Positions 8,612 to 15,640 of a stretch of 15,640 bases of DNA are shown piece after piece (position 1 is the stretch's first letter; each line of letters opens with the position of its first letter). Source of the DNA: Candidatus Hermodarchaeota archaeon (lineage in GTDB: Archaea; Asgardarchaeota; Lokiarchaeia; Sigyniarchaeales; SOKP01); assembly GCA_048885925.1 (NCBI GenBank), contig JBHLLG010000062.1:1-15640 (forward strand), read 5' to 3'. The notes beneath the pieces are model-generated. The model did no database searches, was not told the DNA's origin, and saw only the letters and a list, made by a program, of their open reading frames with translations. A program made the position numbers and the translations under genes.

Positions 8612-9220
8612 TTGACTGTAGATATATATTCTGATGATAAAGAATCGAGAAATATGTTATATTTAGTTTTTGATTTGGTTAAAAGAAGGGTTAACGAAAG
8701 AAAAATATCCAAGCGACTGATTTATAAAACCCTTAAATTGATATCAAATAGTTATATAGACAATTTTAACGCAACGGAATTTGAACGTTTTTTGCTAGAT
8801 CCAGGATATTCGACCAAGGAACATATCATCTTCCCTTCTAATAATTGTTTTTTAATTAAATACTCAACATTTTTATTCCTTATTCATCTCTAAATATCAT
8901 TCTCATATATAGCAGAGATGTTACTTGAGAAAGAGATTATAAAGGTTTTAATTTATATCCAGCAAGATAATTCTATGGAGGGAGAGGTTTTAGATTTCTT
9001 TAAAATTCTTAATTCATCATTAATTCAACTTGATATTGAGAGATTTTTTGTCAATAGGATTATGTATGAAGCAGACATGAATTTAGAACATAATAAGCAG
9101 TCTTATCTACTTGCTGATTTTTTTATTGATTACTTGATGAGAAATAAACGACCAGACCTTTCATTATCAGAGTTAAAGAATAGATTAACACTATCAAATA
9201 AATGTCCAACAAATTTATAG
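8612..9220 (+). pseudogene. Hypothetical gene probably split by one in-frame TAA
   Basis: ORFs 8612-8893 and 8918-9220 are in the same frame. They are separated only by TAA 8891-8893 and 8 sense codons. Confidence 0.55.
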
Positions 9221-9223
9221 ATA

Positions 9224-9553
9224 AAAGACGTGATTAATTAAAAAATATGTTGCGTTGCGTTAATTGACTGCCGTCAATTAGGATATCGAGAGATGGTGAT
9301 GGCATCTTTAAGAGTGAATGCTTCAAAACCTTTAGAACAAGTTAAAACAGAGATTGAGGGTATGGAAAAAATAAAGTATGCTTATGTAGTTACTGGGAAG
9401 TATCCTTTATTCATTATGGCAAAATGTCTTAACCATCAGGATTCTATGGGACTAATTGAAACTTTAAGAAACCTTCCTGGAGTTGAAGAAGTTAAGACTC
9501 AAATTGTGTTAGATAAAATTAAAGAAGATCCTTCTGTTATTATACCAGAGTAA
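9224..9553 (+). pseudogene. lrp 3'-end copy 2 (linker plus complete RAM domain; open ORF 9293-9553)
   Basis: KDVI..KKYVA..LIDCRQLGYREMVMASLRVNASKP...KEDPSVIIPE*. The 5' part is disrupted by 4-nt and 5-nt tandem duplications. Confidence 0.85.
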
Positions 9554-9600
9554 TTTAATAAATCACTTTTTATAAAAAAATAGAAAATAAGAAAAATATA

Positions 9601-9682
9601 AATTAAATAATATTATTTCTGTGGTTTATTCAAGGATTTCTAATATTATGGTTTATTCAAGAATTAGTATAATTAAATAATA
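9601..9682. repeat. Short local direct repeats
   Basis: TGGTTTATTCAAG at 9622-9634 and 9649-9661; AATTAAATAATA at 9601-9612 and 9671-9682. Confidence 0.6.
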
Positions 9683-9715
9683 GGGTCGTTTTCTCTTTAA
9701 CTTTAAATTGAGTAA

Positions 9716-11038
9716 TTAAAGGCTATTGTATAATTTATGGAGTTCCTCTTCATTAAACTTATGGGAAATCATACGTGAATGTGAATCAGAGGAGCTAATT
9801 AGACTAATGCATCGTCCCAAAGCATTTTTTGCTGCTTCTTTATTTCCTAATTCAAGATAAACTGTTCCAAGATCATACCAAGCGAAAGGATCTTTAGGGA
9901 TTCTAGAAGTATATTGTTGTAATAAGCTTACTGCATCGTTATATTTTTCCAGTTTTATTTTTACATCTACTAACATTTTTAGATAATTTATTGATGTAAC
10001 ATCATGAGTCCTTATTAATAATTCTGTTAAAATTTGTTCTGCTTCTTCTGGTGGCTTTAACCTTAATTCGAGTTCGAATAATCTATTCTGAGCGTTGAAT
10101 AAATTTGGAACTAATTGAAGAACTCGGTTCCAAATCATTCTCTCTCTATTAAAATCTTCTAACTCCTCATATGCTCTAGCTAAAGTCATTAAAGAATCAG
10201 AATCAAGCGTCATAACCTGCCATTCAAAAAACTTTTCTGGTTCATTAAAATAAGGTTCTGCTTCAGTTAAATTGACATTTTCTTCAAATTCAATTATTTC
10301 ATCAGGATGATCCTCTATATAGCGTTTATATAATTCTCTACAAAGATAAACTATACCAGCGCCCAAAATTGTGCCAGGTGGTCTGACACCCCATGTTTGA
10401 GCTTTAGCGTGCAATTTCTTATCTTCGGGAGTTAAGGGATTTTTATATAGCGATAATTCGGAACAATTTGTCCAGTTAAAGATACAAGAAGGTATTTTTT
10501 TAAATTTTCCTGCTAAATAAACTTTTTTTAAATTAGATAAATTTCTAGCACTTGCAGGTAGACTTTCTAATAAGCAATCTCCTAGACTTAAGTCTTCTAA
10601 ATTCTCTAAATTTCCAAAAGATTCAGGTAAGTTTTTAAGATAAGTTGTTGAGATATTTATTTTTTTAAGACTAGTTATCTTGCCAATAGTTTCAGGTAAT
10701 GTTTTTATTGGCACACTTTTCACTACTAATTCTTTTAGTTTTGTTAAATCACTTATGAAAAGTGGTATTTCAGGAATGTTTACGTACCAAATTTCTAGTA
10801 CTTCTAAATGTGATAACTTAACTATGCTATTTGGAATTACTCCGGGTTTTTGGGTTCCTATATTATCATAATCAGATTTTCCCAATATTCGTAATGTATG
10901 TACATGATCATCTTTTTCAATATAATATGCTCCACCATATGACCTTTTTTTCTCATTCTTAAAACCTTTAAATTTCTCAGATTTTATTGCTTTTCCGATT
11001 TCTTTTACAATATTTCTTTCTTCATTTATAGATACCAT
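9716..11038 (-). CDS. Leucine-rich repeat plus tetratricopeptide repeat protein
   Basis: About six 23-aa LRRs (e.g. LPESFGNLENLEDLSL) ending at LYKNPL. C-terminal TPR-like helices (AWYDLGTVYLELGNKEAAKNAL, YNDAVSLLQQY..RIP). Confidence 0.88.
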   Translation of the reverse strand: MVSINEERNIVKEIGKAIKSEKFKGFKNEKKRSYGGAYYIEKDDHVHTLRILGKSDYDNIGTQKPGVIPNSIVKLSHLEVLEIWYVNIPEIPLFISDLTKLKELVVKSVPIKTLPETIGKITSLKKINISTTYLKNLPESFGNLENLEDLSLGDCLLESLPASARNLSNLKKVYLAGKFKKIPSCIFNWTNCSELSLYKNPLTPEDKKLHAKAQTWGVRPPGTILGAGIVYLCRELYKRYIEDHPDEIIEFEENVNLTEAEPYFNEPEKFFEWQVMTLDSDSLMTLARAYEELEDFNRERMIWNRVLQLVPNLFNAQNRLFELELRLKPPEEAEQILTELLIRTHDVTSINYLKMLVDVKIKLEKYNDAVSLLQQYTSRIPKDPFAWYDLGTVYLELGNKEAAKNALGRCISLISSSDSHSRMISHKFNEEELHKLYNSL

Positions 11039-11127
11039 TCTTTTAAAAACCTAATAAATTTCAATAATTTTACAATACTAAAAAAATGAATTCCGTTTTA
11101 TTATTAGATTTATATCAGATTATATAT

Positions 11128-11454
11128 AAAGTTATAGCCAAATATAAGGAATATACCGTATTAATCGACCGTCATCAATTAGGATATCGTGAGATGGTAA
11201 TGGTATCACTAAGAGTAAATGCTTCAAAACCATTAGAGCATGTTAAAACAGAGATTGAGAATATGGAAAAAATCAAGTATGCCTATGTAGTTACTGGCGA
11301 ATATCCATTATTCATTATGGCAAAATGTATGAATCATCAAGATTCTATGGGTCTTATTGAAAAACTCCGCAACCTTCCAGGAGTAGAAGAGGTTAAAACT
11401 CAAATCGTTTTAGATAAAATAAAAGAAGATCCCTCTGTTATTATTCCTGAGTAA
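11128..11454 (+). pseudogene. lrp 3'-end copy 3 (linker plus complete RAM domain; ORF open from 11086)
   Basis: KVI..KEYTVLIDRHQLGYREMVMVSLRVNASKP...KEDPSVIIPE*; the HTH is missing. Confidence 0.85.
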
Positions 11455-11714
11455 TAAAAATTTTTTTACATGTTTCATCTCCTTATTATTTTAAAATTAA
11501 TAGTTATTCTTCAATTACTCACTTTTTATTCTAACGATTTTTAGTATATCCTTAATGGAAACTAACCCGAAGTTTTTAATAAATTAGAACTAATTTTTTG
11601 ATAAAATTTTCAAACCTAAGTTGGTGAATATTTTACTGAGATTTGAAAGTTTAATTTCTCAACTTGGAAATATTAAAAAGTTTCAATTTGAAACCGAATT
11701 TATTTTTTTGGAAT

Positions 11715-11740
11715 TGTACAGAATTTTGAACGGCTGTACG
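11715..11740. promoter_or_regulatory. Putative operator TGTACAG-N12-CTGTACG
   Basis: Inverted repeat about 68 bp upstream of ATG 11808 and just upstream of a BRE/TATA-like tract. Same geometry as 14915-14940. Confidence 0.5.
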
Positions 11741-11807
11741 AAAGATAGATTTTTAATTCAAATTGGTAAATAATTATCTAACAAAATAAAATTTTGGAGA
11801 AACTAAA

Positions 11808-13820
11808 ATGAAATTACATTCAAACAGAAAATTCATTAATGATAGGGAAAATAGAGAGAAATTGAATAGAAAAATAAAACAAACTCTAAACTTGAAAAAT
11901 ATAAAAATCTACTTAATAGTTTTTATTTTACTCTGGTGTTTTAGTTCAATATTACAAGTAACCTTGTTTCATTTTGATAATCGAGATGATAGGGTCAACA
12001 AGGATTTTGTTGTTAAACCATCTTCAGGTGATTCAGTTACGGTACAATGGATTCGATTATGGGGTGATAAACAGGGTACTGGGGGTAAAGGAATTGCAGT
12101 TGATTCATCTGATAATGTTTATACTATAAGTGAAATAGGGCTTTATGGGTATTATCCTGAAAATATTAAAAGTTTTCTGGTGAAGTATGACAGTTCTGGC
12201 ATGGAGCAATGGAATCGTACTTGGGTAAGGACTTGGTCTGGTAAATCTCTGTCAGAGATAAATGAGGTATCCTTAGATTCGGTAACCGTAGATTCGTTAG
12301 ACAATGTATATGTAGTAGGAACTACATCTACAAATTTTAATAATAATTTCAAATTAATTATAATTCTGATGAAATATGACAGTTCTGGTGTCCAGCAATG
12401 GAATCGTACATGGGATGCTAATTCTTTAGGAGCTGTGGATGTGGATGTGGCAGTAGATTCTTTTGGCAACGTATATGTTTCAGGATGTACTTGGACCGGG
12501 GCTGAAGGGACCAATTTGCTCTTGGTGAAGTATGATAATTCAGGAGTATTACAATGGAATCGCACATGGGGCGGGAATTATAGTGATAATGCTATTGGGG
12601 TGAAAATTGATTCTAATGATAACGTGTACGTAGTAGGAAATATATATGGTTTGGAGATACAACTCGATATGGTCTTGTTGAAGTATGATAGTTCAGGAGT
12701 ATTAATATGGAATCGCACTTGGGGCAGTAGTGGTTGGGAAGAAGTGAAGGGAATAGCACTGGACTCATTAGACAATATATATGTTTCAGGATATACTGGG
12801 GTCGAAGCTGAAGAGGACAATATGGTCTTGGTGAAGTATGATAGTTCAGGAGTGCAACAATGGAATCGTACTTGGATTGGAATTGGACCGGATTGGTTGG
12901 TAAAACATGGAATAGCAGTGGATTCATTTGATAATGTTTACCTTACGGGGAGTATAGAGGAAGGAATAGCTCTTGTGAAATATAACAGTTCTGGTGGGCA
13001 GCAATGGTATCATATATTGAATTTTATAACAGTATATGAGGGTAGTGCATTAGCTGTTGATTCATCAAACAATATTTATATTTCGGGACACACGCTTTGG
13101 AGAAGACCAGCTCTAGTGAAATGTGTATTAAGTAATATTACAATTAATTTCCCAAACCAACTTGGCTTTTTTGGAAGGATATCCCCTATCTTCGATATTT
13201 CCATCAATAATTCGAATTTAGATTCTACTTGGTATACTTTGGATGGTGGGCTGACTAATATTACTTTTTCAGGAATAACAAGAACTATCAATCAAGCAGA
13301 ATGGGATAAGCATGGAGAAGGTATAGTGGAAATTAGATTTTATATGAACAATACTAATGGGAATGAAGAATATGTTGAAGTTTCTGTTATCAAAGATATA
13401 TCTAGTCCAAAAATTACCATAATTAGCCCTGTTCAAAATGAAAAATATGGATCTCAACCTCCTAGTTATATTCTTTCAATTGTAGAACCCAATTTTGAAA
13501 TATTAAGAATTTTTGCTAGGAATATAATGTTTGATGCTCTACCCGATGATCTTTCTGAAGTGTCAGGAACGTTTTCTCAAGATGATTGGGATAAGGTTCC
13601 TCAAGGAGAAGTAACCATAACATTTTGGGTTCGGGATATCACGGGGAAAGAAGTAAGTATAAGTATTGTCATCATAAAAGAAATTCGATTAAGACAACCA
13701 TTTTTATATTTTCCACTTGTTATCTTTGTTTCTATCCTATTTATTGGAGTTTCTGTTTATTATATCAACAAAAATCGTAAATTACCAAAATTAACCCAAG
13801 AGGAACTCGATTCATTATGA
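11808..13820 (+). CDS. Membrane-anchored extracellular beta-propeller (SBBP-like repeat) protein
   Basis: N-terminal hydrophobic segment. About 7 blades of AVDSxxNVYVxG...LVKYDSSGxxQWNRTW. Two beta-rich C-terminal modules (PKITIISP; WDK..GxVxIxF). C-terminal TM helix plus basic tail; many NxT/S sequons. Confidence 0.88.
   Translation: MKLHSNRKFINDRENREKLNRKIKQTLNLKNIKIYLIVFILLWCFSSILQVTLFHFDNRDDRVNKDFVVKPSSGDSVTVQWIRLWGDKQGTGGKGIAVDSSDNVYTISEIGLYGYYPENIKSFLVKYDSSGMEQWNRTWVRTWSGKSLSEINEVSLDSVTVDSLDNVYVVGTTSTNFNNNFKLIIILMKYDSSGVQQWNRTWDANSLGAVDVDVAVDSFGNVYVSGCTWTGAEGTNLLLVKYDNSGVLQWNRTWGGNYSDNAIGVKIDSNDNVYVVGNIYGLEIQLDMVLLKYDSSGVLIWNRTWGSSGWEEVKGIALDSLDNIYVSGYTGVEAEEDNMVLVKYDSSGVQQWNRTWIGIGPDWLVKHGIAVDSFDNVYLTGSIEEGIALVKYNSSGGQQWYHILNFITVYEGSALAVDSSNNIYISGHTLWRRPALVKCVLSNITINFPNQLGFFGRISPIFDISINNSNLDSTWYTLDGGLTNITFSGITRTINQAEWDKHGEGIVEIRFYMNNTNGNEEYVEVSVIKDISSPKITIISPVQNEKYGSQPPSYILSIVEPNFEILRIFARNIMFDALPDDLSEVSGTFSQDDWDKVPQGEVTITFWVRDITGKEVSISIVIIKEIRLRQPFLYFPLVIFVSILFIGVSVYYINKNRKLPKLTQEELDSL
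12090..13120 (+). repeat. Intragenic ~150-bp coding repeats (propeller blades)
   Basis: AAGTATGAYAGTTCWGG...TGGAATCG-like units recur about six times at roughly 150-190 bp intervals. Confidence 0.75.
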
Positions 13821-14371
13821 CATCTGGAAGATTAAAAGGGAAAAGTGAAAGTCTTGAATTAACATCTATATCCAAAAATGATACCTCGCCTGTAGAGTCG
13901 GAATTTGATTTAAAAGCAAAAGGTCAAAAGAAAGTTTATGAAAAACGGCTACAAGGTATGACTCTCAAAATTTATTGGTACATTTTAACTCATAGACGAG
14001 CGGGCGTAAGGGAAATTCAAAAGTCATTAAAACTTTCATCTCCAGGAACAGTATCCTATCAAATAAATAAATTATTGAAAGCAGGGATTATTTCAAAAAA
14101 AGAAGAAGATAACATGTATTATGTGAAAAAGGAAGTAAAAAAGGGTATGTTAGGATTTTATTTTCACTTAGGACCTTTTATGATACCCCGATTTTCTTTA
14201 TACTTAGTTATCAATATTTTGGGTTTTGTTGGATATATAATTTTTGCCGGTATATATGGGGATATGTTTATTACTAATGTAGGAAGTATATTTTTCTTAT
14301 TTTTCTTGATTTTTAGTACTTCTGAAAATATTATTGAATCTAAAAAACTTTGGGAAAGAAAACCTACCTAA
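13817..14371 (+). CDS. Membrane-anchored winged-HTH transcriptional regulator
   Basis: TLKIYWYIL...GVREIQKSLKLSSPGTVSYQINKLLKAGII (wHTH), followed by two hydrophobic helices. ATGA overlap with the upstream gene. Confidence 0.82.
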   Translation: MTSGRLKGKSESLELTSISKNDTSPVESEFDLKAKGQKKVYEKRLQGMTLKIYWYILTHRRAGVREIQKSLKLSSPGTVSYQINKLLKAGIISKKEEDNMYYVKKEVKKGMLGFYFHLGPFMIPRFSLYLVINILGFVGYIIFAGIYGDMFITNVGSIFFLFFLIFSTSENIIESKKLWERKPT

Positions 14372-14610
14372 TAAGCATAAAAATCAGTAGATAATAATGG
14401 ATGTGCATTTAATATATTAACTGCCATTTTTTTCTACTTTTTTTAATATTTTTTTACTCTTTCTTTTTCACTATCACATTAATTTCTTCAATTCTTATTA
14501 AAATAAAAGAAAGTTATTTTAGACTTTTTAATGCGAAAGTGATTTTTCTTTCCAAAGTGATCTATCAAAAGTTAATACATTTCATTTTTCTTAGTTAATT
14601 TTGCCTAACT

Positions 14611-14757
14611 TTATTTATTATGGCAAAATGCTTGAATCATTCAGATTCTATGGAATTTATTGAAAAACTCCGCAACCTCCCTGGAGTTGAAGAAGTTAAA
14701 ACTAAAATTGTTTTAGACCGAATTAAGGAAGATCACTCGATTATCATACCTGAGTAA
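14611..14757 (+). pseudogene. lrp 3'-end copy 4 (shortest; below the ORF-track cutoff)
   Basis: LFIMAKCLNHSDSMEFIEKLRNLPGVEEVKTKIVLDRIKEDHSIIIPE*, 48 codons plus TAA. Confidence 0.88.
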
Positions 14758-14912
14758 TCCATTAGTACTATTTTCATTCTCTATAGTTGATTATGTCTTA
14801 ATTTTATAAAAAATTTCATATAGTTTTATTGAAATAAAAGGAAACACCTTTCTCTGCTTAAAAACACCTCTTTTTATAATAAATCATAAATTAATTTTGA
14901 GGTGTTCTAATC

Positions 14913-14942
14913 TCTGAACAACTAAGTGACATATTGTTCAGA
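14913..14942. promoter_or_regulatory. Putative operator TCTGAACAA-N12-TTGTTCAGA
   Basis: Perfect 9-bp inverted repeat about 70 bp upstream of ATG 15011. Confidence 0.55.
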
Positions 14943-15010
14943 AAATAGTATTATCAAGGTATTAAGATAACTAATTATTTGACAAATATATATACAATTA
15001 TGTAAAATAA

Positions 15011-15640
15011 ATGATGAATATGAAAAAAAAATCTATTTGGATTATAGTAGGAGTTATTGGTGCATCATTAATAACGGTATTAGGTATTTCCATTCCTATA
15101 TTGATAGTACCGCCAATAGTACCAGATGAATGGCTCACATGCACTCCAGAAGAACAAGGTATGAACTCAAGCAAAATTGAGGATATGTATGACTATATTT
15201 ATGAAAATTCTATAAATTTGCATAGTGTGTTAATTATACGAAATGGATGTATTGTTGATGAAAATTTCTTAGAAAACTCTATTCGCCGTGAAGAGAATTA
15301 TTATGCTCCTAATTGGATGGTCAGTGGTGGAAGGCATAGAGTGTATTCTGCTACTAAAAGCATAATTTCCCTGTTAATTGGTATAGCAATAGAAATGGGA
15401 TACATTGACAACTTAAGTCAAACACTTTATGAATTTTTTGAAGATTATTGGAATCCTCAGATTGATGTACGGAAAAAGAACATAACTATTAAACATTTAC
15501 TAATGCAAACTTCAGGGCTTCCATATGAAGCTGTTGATGAACCTTATATTAAGAAATCTCTTGATGAGCCTCTCTCATTTGATCCTGGAACTGATTGGTT
15601 ATATAGTGGTTTCGCGGGATGTCACCTTTTATCAGCGATT
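15011..15640 (+). CDS. Serine hydrolase, beta-lactamase/AmpC (class C)-like family, N-terminally anchored (3' partial)
   Basis: Not in the ORF track. Hand translation: MMNMKKKSIWIIVGVIG (TM), TPEEQGM, HSVLIIRNG, YSATKS (SxxK), ITIKHLLMQTSGL, FDPGTDWLYS. Confidence 0.9.
   Translation, partial: MMNMKKKSIWIIVGVIGASLITVLGISIPILIVPPIVPDEWLTCTPEEQGMNSSKIEDMYDYIYENSINLHSVLIIRNGCIVDENFLENSIRREENYYAPNWMVSGGRHRVYSATKSIISLLIGIAIEMGYIDNLSQTLYEFFEDYWNPQIDVRKKNITIKHLLMQTSGLPYEAVDEPYIKKSLDEPLSFDPGTDWLYSGFAGCHLLSAI

Noticed and set aside
11680-11694. Palindrome GTTTCAA-T-TTGAAAC resembling CRISPR repeat ends
   Set aside because: Single copy with no array. It could be a binding site, but there is no second instance to support it.
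12090-13120. CRISPR array or DGR template/variable repeats
   Set aside because: The repeats are degenerate, in frame and encode propeller blades. There are no unique spacers, no adenine-specific mismatch pattern and no reverse transcriptase. The lrp copies likewise differ mainly at synonymous positions.
10680-13457. ORFs 10680-10871 (+) and 12152-12565, 12578-12820, 12613-12927, 13076-13291, 13269-13457 (-)
   Set aside because: Antisense to the LRR-TPR and beta-propeller genes; their repetitiveness mirrors the sense-strand repeats.
14863-14906. 8-bp inverted repeat AACACCTC/GAGGTGTT as a MITE or terminator
   Set aside because: Too short, has a 28-nt AT-rich spacer, no target-site duplication and no other copies.
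15011-15640. Calling the last gene an antibiotic-resistance beta-lactamase
   Set aside because: SxxK-family serine hydrolases are mostly esterases, amidases or peptidases; the substrate cannot be inferred from this partial sequence.

Overview
AT-rich archaeal DNA. The gene content (LRR-TPR protein, beta-propeller surface protein, Loki-CTERM-like anchor remnant) suggests Asgard/Lokiarchaeia, which is an inference. The left half (1-6714, minus strand) is a tightly packed cluster: tusA, dsrE/F/H-like genes, dsrE2-like, hdrC, hdrB, hdrA, mvhD and an mvhG-like gene that runs off the window. It joins a sulfur-relay set to a methanogen-type heterodisulfide reductase and sits divergently from an Lrp/AsnC regulator gene (6974-7441). 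The right half is the most unusual part. The 3' end of that lrp gene recurs four more times in direct orientation as 5'-truncated, synonymously diverged, mosaic copies (about 7521-7736, 9224-9553, 11128-11454, 14611-14757). Unrelated cargo lies between the copies: an anchor remnant, hypotheticals, an LRR-TPR gene, and a beta-propeller gene with a membrane-bound wHTH gene. This looks like a gene-capture array that grows by repeated integration into, and replacement of, the lrp 3' end. No integrase is visible in the window. A shared TGWACAR-N12-YTGTWCR palindrome precedes both the beta-propeller gene and a partial beta-lactamase-family gene at the right edge.
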